Part shown: positions 17,005 to 26,999 of the stretch, piece after piece
Layout of the letters: each line of letters starts with the position of its first letter
Position numbering within the stretch: the first letter of the stretch is position 1
IMG/VR virus record: IMGVR_UViG_3300032238_000336
Span: 1 to 64,000 of that record
Direction: 5' to 3' (one strand)
DNA from: a virus
DNA: 64,000 nucleotides
Made by a program: the position numbers and the translations under genes
The notes under the pieces: generated by a model
What the model was told of the DNA's origin: nothing
The model's input: the letters and a program-made list of their open reading frames with translations, nothing else
The model's database searches: none

Positions 17005-18716
17005 ATCAAAACTTTAGAGAACCCATTAATCTTTTTGACTTCCAGCACTCGGTCAAATTTATCAATCAACTCATCTATTCTATGAGAAATCACAAATATA
17101 TTAGTGTCTTTAATCACATAGTTTAATATTTTTAAAAGATTTCCCGAACCTTCTGTATCTAAAGAACTATCAAAAGTTTCGTCAAGTATCATCAGATTGC
17201 AGTTGATTGAGTTTTTCATTTTTGCAATATCTCTCCAAGCAAAAAGAATTGCAAGATTAATCTTTTGTTTCTCCCCTTCACTAAAAGAACCATAAGAAAA
17301 ATCTTCGTGAATTGGAGTTTTTACATTTTCATTAAACTCTTCGTCAAGAGTAAAATTAATATAAAAGTCCATCATTTGCAAATACTTATTGATTTGTAAA
17401 TTAAGAAGAGGAAGATATTTCTGCATAATTTTTGTTTTAATTCCTCCATCTTTCATAAGAAGATGTGCAAATTCAAAATAATGCATTATTTCATTACACT
17501 TTGAACTATCTCTATCTAAAGCATCTTCATCCTTTATCAAAGAACGAAGAACTTTTGCTTCTTCACTTTGATTTTTTAATTTGTTTGAAGTTTCTTCAAT
17601 TTCAATTTCAAGTTCTTTTATCTGTTTACTATTACGAAGTATTTGAAATTGTTGATTAGAAATTTCATTATTTAAAGACGTTATATTTCTAGAGAGTTTA
17701 GTGAATTCATTTTCTTTAGTTTCCTCTTCTTCTATAACTTGTTCTAGTTCAACGAACCCTCTGGAAATTCCGGATAGTTCATCTTTCAGTTTCAATATCA
17801 TTTCATCTTTGAACTCAACCTGTAAGTCCTGCTTACAAGTTGGACATACATCGTTATTTTGAAAAAATATCTTATCATCTTCAAGAATAGAAGATTTCTG
17901 TTGCATTTTACCCTTAATACCTATAAGTTGTTTAAGTTTTTTAGAAGAAAAAGAAATACTTTCCAGTTCTTGCTGCTTAACTTCTATATCTTTTAATATA
18001 GTTGAAATTTTACTATTGATATTCTCACTTTCATTTTGTATTTCAGCAATCTTGTCTTTCTTTTTTGAAATAATCACCTCCCCCTCTTCTTTAAGGGTTT
18101 TGATGAAATTTTTTTGCATTTTAATTTTATCAACTACAGTAGATTTGTTGTAAATGATTTCTTGTCTTTTTCTTTCTAAATCTTTAATCTTATCTTTTAA
18201 AATCGAATTCATAGATGAGAATATTTTAATATCCAATAGTTCTTCAACTAAGTCTCTACGGTCAGAAGAAGATAACTGCATAAATGGAACAAAGTTATTA
18301 CTTCCAAGCACAACAACCTGAATGAAGGTCTTATAACTCATCCGAAGTATCGACTGTTCCAAATATTTCTGTTGGTCTTTTACAGATGCAAGTTGGTTCT
18401 GAACTATACCATCTACCCATATTTCAAATATATTTGGAGATATACCTCTTATAACTTTATATTGTTTTGACTTTATTGAGAATTCCAGTTCAACAACACA
18501 ATCTTTTTTATTTGTGCTATTGACTAATTGACTTTTAGTGGTTCCCCGATTGGACCTACCATATAAAGCAAAAATAAGAGCAGTAATAATCAGACTTTTA
18601 CCATTTCCATTTGCTCCAACAATTAAAGTAGTTTTAGTATCGATAAATCCAACTTCTGTGAATTGATTTCCTGCTGATAATATATTTTTATATCTTATTC
18701 TTTGAATATTCAACAT
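17001..18716 (-). CDS. gp46: Recombination endonuclease ATPase subunit, Rad50/SbcC-like (T4 gp46)
   Basis: GANGNGKS, CPTC zinc hook, FSEGEK, LDETFDSSLD, VISH. Confidence 0.95.
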   Translation of the reverse strand: MLNIQRIRYKNILSAGNQFTEVGFIDTKTTLIVGANGNGKSLIITALIFALYGRSNRGTTKSQLVNSTNKKDCVVELEFSIKSKQYKVIRGISPNIFEIWVDGIVQNQLASVKDQQKYLEQSILRMSYKTFIQVVVLGSNNFVPFMQLSSSDRRDLVEELLDIKIFSSMNSILKDKIKDLERKRQEIIYNKSTVVDKIKMQKNFIKTLKEEGEVIISKKKDKIAEIQNESENINSKISTILKDIEVKQQELESISFSSKKLKQLIGIKGKMQQKSSILEDDKIFFQNNDVCPTCKQDLQVEFKDEMILKLKDELSGISRGFVELEQVIEEEETKENEFTKLSRNITSLNNEISNQQFQILRNSKQIKELEIEIEETSNKLKNQSEEAKVLRSLIKDEDALDRDSSKCNEIMHYFEFAHLLMKDGGIKTKIMQKYLPLLNLQINKYLQMMDFYINFTLDEEFNENVKTPIHEDFSYGSFSEGEKQKINLAILFAWRDIAKMKNSINCNLMILDETFDSSLDTEGSGNLLKILNYVIKDTNIFVISHRIDELIDKFDRVLEVKKINGFSKVLI

Positions 18717-18972
18717 TTTGTTTTGGGGGGATTACAAATTCATTAGGATTCACTATCACATAGTGATAATTATATTTTTCGCAAGTTTGAATTGCTATTT
18801 CATCTTCAACTTCCACTACTTGCATTTCAGGAAAGTCATCTGCCTCTAAAAGTCCAGCATATCTAATTGCATCATCTTCAGATTCAAAAAAGCATAATGC
18901 CTTTTCACCACATTCGTCTACTACTCCATATGCACCTTCATTTACACAGTCAGCAATAGCGATTATATACAT
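18688..18972 (-). CDS. Conserved cyanophage hypothetical protein (DUF3110-like)
   Basis: EGAY...FESEDDAIRYAGLLEA...VIPP; lies between gp47 and gp46. Confidence 0.75.
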   Translation of the reverse strand: MYIIAIADCVNEGAYGVVDECGEKALCFFESEDDAIRYAGLLEADDFPEMQVVEVEDEIAIQTCEKYNYHYVIVNPNEFVIPPKQNVEYSKNKI

Positions 18973-20021
18973 TACACTGCCTCCAGTTCTAATGCCTCTT
19001 TATAAGTATTATGAAGAATATTTTTTATCATATCTTTATCTAAAGAAAAATCTGCTTCTTCTACGTATTTAGATAAAACTGCAAATGTATCTTCAGGTTC
19101 AATATCATCAAAATTGACATCAGTATCATTAAGGTCAACTAATTCAACTATGTTCAAATCAACAATATTAGTTTCAAGAATTTTAGATATGAACTTATCA
19201 TAATCACTTTGACTATTTCTTTCTTTAACTATTATTTTTACATTTTTGTTTTCAAAAATTGAATAATCAAAAGTCTTCCAATCAGTATCTTCGTAGTAAA
19301 ATCTTTCATATAGATTATAAGGATTTGAAATAAACTCTAATTCATAAGTTTCAGTATCAAAAATATGAAATCCTCTTTTATCATCTACATCATTCCAAAA
19401 CATTTGATATGGATTTCCAATATAAAATATTTTACCATTATTGCTACGAGTATGATAGTGACCAGTAAACACTCGATCAAACTTTTCAAACTTCTCAGTT
19501 GTTAATCCGTGAGTATTGGTTTTTCCTGGAAATAAACTAAATCCCTGAAGTTCCAAATGACCGAATAAAACTTTTGCTTTGGTTTTTTCCATCAAAGAAA
19601 AAGTTTTTTCTTGATTTTCGGCACATATCCAAGGAACTATTAAACATTTCAAATTTCCTATTTCAATTTCCCCAGGTGATGAGAATGAGTTTATATTTTT
19701 ATAACTTCTTAAAAGAGTATCAATTGCATTAATTTTATTTGAATTTTTATAAAAACTATCGTGATTTCCACAAATTTGAATAAGATTAATGTTTAAATCG
19801 TTTAGTCTGTCATAAAACACTCTCTGTGCCCAGTCTAATGCCCAGTAGTCCACTCCTTTACGATTATCAAAAGCATCCCCCAAATGAATGGCAGTATCAA
19901 TTCTACGGTCTTCTAGAGTAGGGAAAAAAACATCTGTGTAAAATCTTTCAAAATAATCGTGATAAATTTGGTTTGATTTTTTAAAATTGAAGTGGGTGTC
20001 ACTAACTAAAGCAATTTTCAT
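18972..20021 (-). CDS. gp47: Recombination endonuclease, Mre11/SbcD-like (T4 gp47)
   Basis: Metallophosphoesterase motifs SDTHF, HLGDAFD, GNHD, GHLE, GHYH. Confidence 0.95.
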   Translation of the reverse strand: MKIALVSDTHFNFKKSNQIYHDYFERFYTDVFFPTLEDRRIDTAIHLGDAFDNRKGVDYWALDWAQRVFYDRLNDLNINLIQICGNHDSFYKNSNKINAIDTLLRSYKNINSFSSPGEIEIGNLKCLIVPWICAENQEKTFSLMEKTKAKVLFGHLELQGFSLFPGKTNTHGLTTEKFEKFDRVFTGHYHTRSNNGKIFYIGNPYQMFWNDVDDKRGFHIFDTETYELEFISNPYNLYERFYYEDTDWKTFDYSIFENKNVKIIVKERNSQSDYDKFISKILETNIVDLNIVELVDLNDTDVNFDDIEPEDTFAVLSKYVEEADFSLDKDMIKNILHNTYKEALELEAV

Positions 20022-20023
20022 AA

Positions 20024-20488
20024 TCAACAATATTTGGTATAAATCGCATCTTTAATTGAGTTGTAATCTGAGCTATTAAAATATTCGTCGGCAGTAAAGA
20101 CTTCATCAAATGAGGTTCTCTCTAGAATTTTCTCTTTAATCTCTACTTGTTTTTTTTCTTTACCTATGCGGCGTAAAAATGCGTAGTATACAATTTGAGT
20201 AAAGTAAGCAAATGGATTTGTCCTTTCTACATCAAAGTTATGAATATACTGTAAACAATTTTCAACACCATCACTTATCATATCATCACGGAACATATAG
20301 TTCACAAAATTAGGACGGTATGATAAATGAGTAGCAATCTTTAGAAAACAATCTCCAAGATAAGCCGAAACTTGTGGTCTTGGTTCTCCTTTTTCTTTTG
20401 CTATATTACATTTATTTTTATAAACAATAAGTGCTTCGTGAAATTCTTTATTGTTTACATAATGAATGTTCTTCTGTTTTTTATTCAT
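20024..20488 (-). CDS. gp55: Late transcription sigma factor (T4 gp55)
   Basis: HYVNNKEF...IATHLSYRPNFVNYMFRDDMISDGVENC...NPFAYFTQI. Confidence 0.95.
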   Translation of the reverse strand: MNKKQKNIHYVNNKEFHEALIVYKNKCNIAKEKGEPRPQVSAYLGDCFLKIATHLSYRPNFVNYMFRDDMISDGVENCLQYIHNFDVERTNPFAYFTQIVYYAFLRRIGKEKKQVEIKEKILERTSFDEVFTADEYFNSSDYNSIKDAIYTKYC

Positions 20489-20510
20489 TTTATATACTTT
20501 ATTTGGGGAT

Positions 20511-20540
20511 ATCTTAACAAGACCTTATCACATAAGTCAA
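20511..20540 (-). promoter_or_regulatory. sigma70-like promoter for gp55-47-46
   Basis: TTGACT-N18-TAAGAT with extended -10 TG. Confidence 0.6.
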
Positions 20541-20554
20541 TTCTAAAAGATGAG

Positions 20555-20562
20555 TATTTATA
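20555..20562 (-). promoter_or_regulatory. T4-type late promoter upstream of gp55
   Basis: Exact TATAAATA. Confidence 0.55.
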
Positions 20563-20566
20563 CCTA

Positions 20567-20595
20567 TTGACGATATACTCTAAAGTAAGTATAAT
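20567..20595 (+). promoter_or_regulatory. Near-consensus sigma70 promoter facing antisense to the uvsW operon
   Basis: TTGACG-N17-TATAAT on the plus strand. Confidence 0.6.
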
Positions 20596-20619
20596 AACTT
20601 CTGTGAGTTGAAAATAACT

Positions 20620-21045
20620 TTATTCCTTTATATTATCTAAATTACTTTTGGAAGCATTTAGGTTGTAAAGTTTCTCTAGAGACTGACGGGCATCACTAAT
20701 AGATGAAACATATCCCATATTAGGAGTAATTTCAGATTTATTAGAACGTTTAAATCTTTCTCTACTATATTTTTTATGCATCTTAATAAGAGAACTTTCA
20801 AACACTTCTGTCATAGTAATAATCTTATCTAAATTGATAATAAACATAGTATCATCACTTAATTTAATCCAAGGATGTACTTTTGCAATAGAACCTTCAA
20901 ATCTAGGAACGTATATTGTTTCTATTGTAATTGGATTATCTAAAACTAAAATAGTTTTATCTTTTTCATCAAAAGGACAAACCTTTGCAAAGATTTCTTC
21001 TCCAGAAACTAGTTTAATTGTTGCATAGAATTCTTCTTCATTCAT
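20620..21045 (-). CDS. Conserved hypothetical protein (Sm-like fold) downstream of uvsW
   Basis: FYATIKLVSGEEIFAKV...MGYVSSISDARQSLEKLY; typical position between uvsW and gp55. Confidence 0.8.
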   Translation of the reverse strand: MNEEEFYATIKLVSGEEIFAKVCPFDEKDKTILVLDNPITIETIYVPRFEGSIAKVHPWIKLSDDTMFIINLDKIITMTEVFESSLIKMHKKYSRERFKRSNKSEITPNMGYVSSISDARQSLEKLYNLNASKSNLDNIKE

Positions 21046-22514
21046 TTTTCTTTAAAGTTAATTTTGTGTAGTTGATAATTAAATTGTTCTTCAGAATAAA
21101 TTTTTATTCTTTCAATAAGGTGGTTTAGTGTATAATTTTTTCTTGAATTATAAGTACAATCATCAGCAATATCATAAAGAACGGCTTTATTTTTAGTATT
21201 TGACTTTCTAAGTATTCTACCAATACTCTGAAGATTTCTTATTCTTGATTTAGAAGGACTTGCAAAAATAAGATTGTGAAGATTTTTTATGGATATACCA
21301 GTACTGAAAACACCATAAGAAGCAACAATAACTGCATTAGTTTCAGTTTCAGTAATTTCCCTTATTTTCTCTCTTTCTTCAGTATCAACACCACCAAAAA
21401 CAAAAAATACTTTTCGTTCATCGGGCACTGAACTATTTATTAAATCATATAAGATTGCCCCGTGAGTTTCTACACGACTATAAAGAATTAAAGTATTGCC
21501 TTTTAAATCTAAAGTAAGATTTTTGATGAAGTTATTTCTTTTTTCGTGAGTAATTAAATATTGAATTTCATCTTCATAAGTTTCAAACTTTTGTCCTTTA
21601 TGTTGAAGAACCAAAACTTGAATTTGAAGTTGAGCAATATTTCCTTTATCCATTAACTCTTTGGTTTGAGTTACTTTATAAGTAGGGCCAAACATTCCTT
21701 CTAAACACCATTTATGAGTAGTGCTTCCATCTAAAGTTCCAGTAAATCCAAAACGATATTTTGTATTATGCATTTTATTCATAATACCTGTAATTGATTT
21801 TGATTTTGCAGTATGTGCTTCGTCAACAATCACGACATCAAACTCATTAAAATATTTTTTATCTAAGTCATAAATGCTTTGATAAGTAGATATCATAATT
21901 TGTTTATCTGATTGCTTAGCACGACCTGAATACACCCTGTGTATGAACTCCTCACAGTCCCAACCATAATCGTGGAAGTCTTTATACATTTGTCCTACAA
22001 GAGATGTTGTAGGGGTAATCAGAAGTGTCTTGAGACCTTTCTGAGTGTAATAACGGATAAGTGTATAAATCATCATTGATTTACCACTACTCGTAGGAGA
22101 AAGAAGAAGTTTACGATTATATCTAAGGGCATCAGTTACTGCATCAATCTGATAATCTCTTGCTTCATATTTTGAAGAAAGAATTGACCTCATATAGGAT
22201 TTAACTCCTTCAAAAGAAATCATTTCATTTTCTTCAAAAGGAAGACCGTAGAATTTACTATCTTCAAATTCATAAGTATATTCGTGAGACTTTATTTTTT
22301 CGATTAACTTATCAAGAAGACCAACATAAAGTTCTCCAGTATGAGTACTAAGTAGATGAATAACTCCATCCCAATTCCTTCTTCTAGTCTGGGGCATAAA
22401 TTTGGCATTCTCAACTTCAAATGTAAAATATGGTGCCAACTCATAAAGAATATGCGGTTCACATTTAAGTTTGAGATATACTTCATTCTTTTTTGAAATA
22501 ATAATATCTGACAT
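21042..22514 (-). CDS. uvsW: SF2 DNA/RNA helicase UvsW
   Basis: RDYQ, SPTSSGKS, DEAH, GFTGT, QSIGRILR. Confidence 0.95.
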   Translation of the reverse strand: MSDIIISKKNEVYLKLKCEPHILYELAPYFTFEVENAKFMPQTRRRNWDGVIHLLSTHTGELYVGLLDKLIEKIKSHEYTYEFEDSKFYGLPFEENEMISFEGVKSYMRSILSSKYEARDYQIDAVTDALRYNRKLLLSPTSSGKSMMIYTLIRYYTQKGLKTLLITPTTSLVGQMYKDFHDYGWDCEEFIHRVYSGRAKQSDKQIMISTYQSIYDLDKKYFNEFDVVIVDEAHTAKSKSITGIMNKMHNTKYRFGFTGTLDGSTTHKWCLEGMFGPTYKVTQTKELMDKGNIAQLQIQVLVLQHKGQKFETYEDEIQYLITHEKRNNFIKNLTLDLKGNTLILYSRVETHGAILYDLINSSVPDERKVFFVFGGVDTEEREKIREITETETNAVIVASYGVFSTGISIKNLHNLIFASPSKSRIRNLQSIGRILRKSNTKNKAVLYDIADDCTYNSRKNYTLNHLIERIKIYSEEQFNYQLHKINFKEK

Positions 22515-22516
22515 AA

Positions 22517-22945
22517 TTACGCATATCCTGCAGTAAATTTCATAAATTCAATAGCATTTTTAATTACAAAAGTTCTATTATGTAAAGTCTTGAGAATACT
22601 TTCAAGATAATCCAACATTAATTGGAAATATTGAATTTTAGTTATAAGTTTGACAATATCTTCATCTGATCGTAAATACTTATCCAAATCCTGTTTTATT
22701 ACTCTGTGGTCAAAAGGTTTTTCTTTATAAACTTCTGGACTTGCTTTCCCTGAATAATATAACCATTTTTCTTTTTCAACAGTTGCTAATTTATTTTCCT
22801 CTAATTTTTTAAGTAATGCTATATTATTGTGAATTTGATGATACTTAGAGTGTAAAGAAGGAATTTTAATGCTTTCAAGATGTAGATTATCCGGGTCTAT
22901 TTTGCTATCTTCTTCCCAGAGATTTTCAATTTCATTAATGTTCAT
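22517..22945 (-). CDS. uvsY: Recombination mediator UvsY
   Basis: WEEDSKIDPDNLHLESIKIPSLHSKY...YYSGKA...IKNAIEF. Confidence 0.92.
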   Translation of the reverse strand: MNINEIENLWEEDSKIDPDNLHLESIKIPSLHSKYHQIHNNIALLKKLEENKLATVEKEKWLYYSGKASPEVYKEKPFDHRVIKQDLDKYLRSDEDIVKLITKIQYFQLMLDYLESILKTLHNRTFVIKNAIEFMKFTAGYA

Positions 22946-22948
22946 AAA

Positions 22949-23491
22949 TTATAGTTTAATAATATCAAATATAGTATACTTGAAGGTAACTTGTGCTGTC
23001 ACATAATTTACATCATTTGAAGTGCTATCAAATGAAATACCACTCAGAGAAACTGGAAATAAATCTTTAAAAAAAACTTTTAAATTTGGATTGAAGGTAT
23101 TGTTATAAACAAAAAGAGTGCCATCAGACATACCTGAAATTGCATTTTGCTTTCCCTTACTATTTTCATCTTCATTCAATAGTTGCTGGTATTGACCGAA
23201 GTTATCTGGAAATCCAAATTGAACTAACCAGTTATAAACTTCTAGGTAATTCACCATATCTTCGTCTACCATAAAACGAAGAGTTAAATCATCATAAGAT
23301 AAAGTTTCTCCTGGAATAGGAATTGGTTTAAGTGGATTGGATTGAATTGCAACTCCTAAATTTAAACCTGGTAGATTTGCAGCATTACAAAAAAAATCTA
23401 TTTTTGGTTTTTTTACCAAAGAAAATTTAAATCCTATTGGAGATAAAAAGTTTCTATTTGTAATTTGACTAGGCCAAAGACTTCCCGACAT
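22949..23491 (-). CDS. gp3: Tail tube terminator / tail completion protein (T4 gp3)
   Basis: NRNFLSPIGFKF...FMVDEDMVNY.E..NW...F.DLFPVSLS; directly downstream of gp23. Confidence 0.9.
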   Translation of the reverse strand: MSGSLWPSQITNRNFLSPIGFKFSLVKKPKIDFFCNAANLPGLNLGVAIQSNPLKPIPIPGETLSYDDLTLRFMVDEDMVNYLEVYNWLVQFGFPDNFGQYQQLLNEDENSKGKQNAISGMSDGTLFVYNNTFNPNLKVFFKDLFPVSLSGISFDSTSNDVNYVTAQVTFKYTIFDIIKL

Positions 23492-23528
23492 TTTATCAAT
23501 TTATTCAATCACACCTATTTATTCCAAT

Positions 23529-23556
23529 AAAAAAGGACCCCCTTTTGGGAGGTCCT
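23529..23556 (-). terminator. Intrinsic terminator after the major capsid gene
   Basis: AGGACCTCC-CAAAA-GGGGGTCCT hairpin followed by a T-tract. Confidence 0.85.
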
Positions 23557-23577
23557 GAAGTTGAATGTAGCAGATTT

Positions 23578-24972
23578 CTACATCAGATTTTTTACTGTAA
23601 CTCTACGGTAGTAGTTATTGCTGTTTCTCTTAATAACTCCCAGGTCTGCATCAAGACCGCCTGCAAATGGGTTAGCAACCATACCATAACGGGTCTTAAA
23701 TCCGATTTTTGGTTGGAAGCTTCTCTCACCAACGGCACGAACCATTTGGAGGGGAACATAAGGGCAATAGAACAATCCAGCATCATAAGGTGAAGAACCC
23801 TTGTATCCTGCAACATAGTACTGAGTACCAGAGTTGTTAGCAGCATATGGGTCAATATAAACTTTGAACTTACCTTGAAGAACTCCAGCAAAAGTATTGC
23901 CGGTGTCATCAACATTCAAGTTTGCATTAAGTGCTGGGGTGTAATCAAGAATACCAGCGTGTGCAAGAGCAGAAGCGATGTCTGCAGAGCACATAATGAT
24001 ATTACCCTTTCCTCTACGAGTTGTTTGTGCGATGAGGTTAGCATCACGCTCGATTTGGAAGATAAGACCTTTGAACTTCTCAACTGACCAACGACCGTTG
24101 CTGTCAACGTCAAGGTCAAAAATACCTTTAGTTGCAACGTTGTTCTGAGCACCAGGTTTAGCAATGCTATAGATGGTACGGATAACTTCTCTGTTGATTT
24201 CGGCAAGGATTTCAGTTGAGAGAATGTTAGCCAACTCAGCTTCTGCATTCAGACCGTGGATAGCTTTGAGGTCTTGTGCAAGTTCTAAACTGTACTCAGC
24301 TTTCAGAGCACGGGACTTCGCAGTAACCGATACTCTCTCAATGCTGAGAGACATTTCGTTGAACTGATTATTGCTATCATAAGTGCTACCGAGACTTTCT
24401 GCCTCAGCAGTGCTCATTCCTTGACCTACGTTATAAGCACCACTACCATCAGGGTTCAGAAGACCGGGGTTTCCACCTGATTGTGCAGTAGTACCAAGTC
24501 CAACAGCACCATCAACCCAACCCTGGTCATTATCAAAGGTAGAGTTTTGTCCTGAGAATGCGGTATCTACTTCATTGTAGAATGTTTCAGCACCAGACTG
24601 GTTCTTATACTTAGAACGCATTGCGAAGATCAAGCTTACAGGTCCACTCATTGGTTGAACACCAGCTAAGTCATATGCGACCAAGTTGGGCATTGAACGA
24701 CGAATGAGGCTGATAAGAACAGGGTCGAAACCAGCTACAGGTCCGGTTGCATCAGCACCGTAACTAAAACCAGCAGCATTAGGTGCTCCTTGAGTATTAG
24801 TAGTAGGTGATTCTGAGAGGAATTCTCTTTCTTCTCTAAGTGCTCTTTCTTGGTTCTCTAGCAAGATAGCAGTCACAGCTCTACGATGTGAATCTCCAAT
24901 AGATTCTACTCCATCGAAATCAAGGAGCGGTGCCCACTTTTCTTGCAATTGTTCTGCATTGAACATTTGCAT
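23578..24972 (-). CDS. gp23: Major capsid protein (T4 gp23)
   Basis: FDPVLISLIRRSMPNL...GVQPM...AKSRALKAEYSLELAQDLKAIHG...QPKIGFKTRYG. Confidence 0.98.
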   Translation of the reverse strand: MQMFNAEQLQEKWAPLLDFDGVESIGDSHRRAVTAILLENQERALREEREFLSESPTTNTQGAPNAAGFSYGADATGPVAGFDPVLISLIRRSMPNLVAYDLAGVQPMSGPVSLIFAMRSKYKNQSGAETFYNEVDTAFSGQNSTFDNDQGWVDGAVGLGTTAQSGGNPGLLNPDGSGAYNVGQGMSTAEAESLGSTYDSNNQFNEMSLSIERVSVTAKSRALKAEYSLELAQDLKAIHGLNAEAELANILSTEILAEINREVIRTIYSIAKPGAQNNVATKGIFDLDVDSNGRWSVEKFKGLIFQIERDANLIAQTTRRGKGNIIMCSADIASALAHAGILDYTPALNANLNVDDTGNTFAGVLQGKFKVYIDPYAANNSGTQYYVAGYKGSSPYDAGLFYCPYVPLQMVRAVGERSFQPKIGFKTRYGMVANPFAGGLDADLGVIKRNSNNYYRRVTVKNLM

Positions 24973-25027
24973 TTGATTTACCTCTTTTAAAAAATAGTTT
25001 GTTGTTTGATTTGTTATTATCTAAAAA

Positions 25028-26275
25028 TCACTTTTTAGAAACTTTTGCGAAGGCATTGACATAAGCTTCCATAACTCCAGTTGGAGCAGAATATGGAACC
25101 GAATCAGTAGTCTCTTCAACAAGATAATCTTGTCTGTTTCTGGTTGGAGCACTAGTATAAGTAGGGAAATAAGATTCCCTTAGAGTTACTAGTTTCTCAC
25201 GATATTCTCCTTCACCATCAAACTCAACATTTTCAGCAAGAGAGGCAAGCTTATCTTTTTGGGAAATTGCAAGACCTTCAGCTACTTCTGCAAAAATTAC
25301 ATCAGTTGCTGACTCTGCTAATCTTTGGTTTAGAGCAACATTTTTTTCAATTTGCTCGTTGAGTTTTGTCTCCATATCATCTAGTTTTTCTACCATACTC
25401 TCAAGTACATCATATCTTTCTTCAGGGATTGAAACATAATGATCTTCAAAAAGTTCTTTCATTCCATTTAGGAATGATTCAGTCATTTCAGATTTGATTC
25501 CGGTTTCGATTGCGAGTGCATTTTCTTTAATCCACTCGTCGGCAACATATTCAAGATAAGAATCTACACGCTCAGTAAGTGCCTCAGTGATTTCTTGAAT
25601 TTCTTCAGAAAGTTGATCTTCATACTGACGAATGATTGCCTCTTCGATTTGTTCAGTTCTGGCATTAAGAGCTGCTTCAAAAACAGTTCTTGCCTTGAAC
25701 TTAAACTCTTCAGAAAGGTCTTCACCAGAAAGAAGAGCAGCCACATCTTCTTCAATCTGGTCTTCAATCATTTGTAGTTCTTCTTTTACATCTTCATCAT
25801 CTTCATCATCTTTAGATTCTCCACAACTCCCTTCATCATAGTCATCATTTTTTTCATTTTTTCCTTTCTTATCTTTCATCATTTTTCTTTTTTTTGATTT
25901 AGGAGTCTCATCCACCATATCTTCATCATCTTCTTTAGCCTCTAAGATTTCATCTTCATCATCATATTCGGATTCTTCATCTACTGGATTCTTCATAGTA
26001 GGCATAGGATCTGCAGCTTTTGCTTTAGCATTAACTACATTTCTTACCTGTTGTAGGACTGCGGCAGCATCTTTAAGTTTTGCTGGACCTTCAGGATCGT
26101 TTGTATAATTTTCTGGAGTTGGACCACCTAGGTCTTCCCAGCTACCAGTTTGACCATCAGGGATACCTGTAGTCAACTTAGGCATCGGGTCTCCCGACTT
26201 TGAACCTGCATTTACTGCAGTGTTAGATTGTTTAGTGCCTATTTCCATTTCTTGTAAATTTTTACCACGAGACAT
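25028..26275 (-). CDS. gp22: Prohead core scaffold protein (T4 gp22)
   Basis: LSEEFKFKARTVFEAA...VDSYLEYVADEW; acidic; lies between gp21 and gp23. Confidence 0.92.
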   Translation of the reverse strand: MSRGKNLQEMEIGTKQSNTAVNAGSKSGDPMPKLTTGIPDGQTGSWEDLGGPTPENYTNDPEGPAKLKDAAAVLQQVRNVVNAKAKAADPMPTMKNPVDEESEYDDEDEILEAKEDDEDMVDETPKSKKRKMMKDKKGKNEKNDDYDEGSCGESKDDEDDEDVKEELQMIEDQIEEDVAALLSGEDLSEEFKFKARTVFEAALNARTEQIEEAIIRQYEDQLSEEIQEITEALTERVDSYLEYVADEWIKENALAIETGIKSEMTESFLNGMKELFEDHYVSIPEERYDVLESMVEKLDDMETKLNEQIEKNVALNQRLAESATDVIFAEVAEGLAISQKDKLASLAENVEFDGEGEYREKLVTLRESYFPTYTSAPTRNRQDYLVEETTDSVPYSAPTGVMEAYVNAFAKVSKK

Positions 26276-26310
26276 TTGAACTCTCCGAATAACCTTGTAT
26301 ATTCTGTATT

Positions 26311-26318
26311 TATTTATA
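26311..26318 (-). promoter_or_regulatory. T4-type late promoter for gp22-gp23
   Basis: Exact TATAAATA. Confidence 0.75.
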
Positions 26319-26341
26319 AATTTTATATTTTATATTATCAA

Positions 26342-26995
26342 TCAAAGTAATTTTAAATAATTTTCAAAATGCTGAAGTTTTCTTTCTTCAGTTAATCGTT
26401 TAGATAATGTATCACTTTCAATTTTATTTTTAATATTTTCAGAAATCCAAATTTGTTGCTTGCTATCGTACAACCAACTAACACCTTCCATAATACCATT
26501 TACAAACGCATCTGGTGCAGATGGGTCGTGTACAATATCTGCAGCAGTTGAAATCATAAAATCTTTTCCAACTACGCTATATCCCTTTGATGTTGGAACT
26601 AATGAACCAACTCCACGAGAAGATACTCCAAGCTTCACTCCTTCTTGATAAAGGCCAGCAGCAATTTTACCCATAGGTAAAGATGTTAAAATCTTGGCTT
26701 TGCCAATAAAGTTTGTTCCACATTCTTTTAATGATATAATATTATGAGAAACTCTATCTAGATTGATAGTAGGTCCTTGAGGATGTCCCAATTCACCAAC
26801 TGCTCTGCCTTTACTGAGGTATCTTTCAGTATAGGTTTTTACCCCCTCTCTTAAAGTATCCATTTCGTATAATCGTTTGTTTCGATTACACATATCACCT
26901 TGAAGGAAAATACCTTCAATATAAAGAGATTTTTTACCGTTGACTTCTTCAACGATAACTTCTACCTGGTCGATTTCTTCGGTGATTAGTTTCAT
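26342..26995 (-). CDS. gp21: Prohead protease (T4 gp21)
   Basis: Start MKLITEE at 26995; GELGHP, GVSSRGVGS, ADIVHDPSAP. Confidence 0.95.
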   Translation of the reverse strand: MKLITEEIDQVEVIVEEVNGKKSLYIEGIFLQGDMCNRNKRLYEMDTLREGVKTYTERYLSKGRAVGELGHPQGPTINLDRVSHNIISLKECGTNFIGKAKILTSLPMGKIAAGLYQEGVKLGVSSRGVGSLVPTSKGYSVVGKDFMISTAADIVHDPSAPDAFVNGIMEGVSWLYDSKQQIWISENIKNKIESDTLSKRLTEERKLQHFENYLKLL

Positions 26996-26999
26996 TAGT

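Noticed and set aside
23578-24972. Higher GC content and overlapping alternative-frame ORFs in gp23
   Set aside because: Consistent with the codon bias of a highly expressed gene; the alternative frames have no recognisable motifs.
25790-25985. TCA/TCT-rich low-complexity repeats (also 27608-27690)
   Set aside because: They encode Asp/Glu tracts of gp22 and the small acidic core protein; they are not CRISPR or independent DNA repeats.
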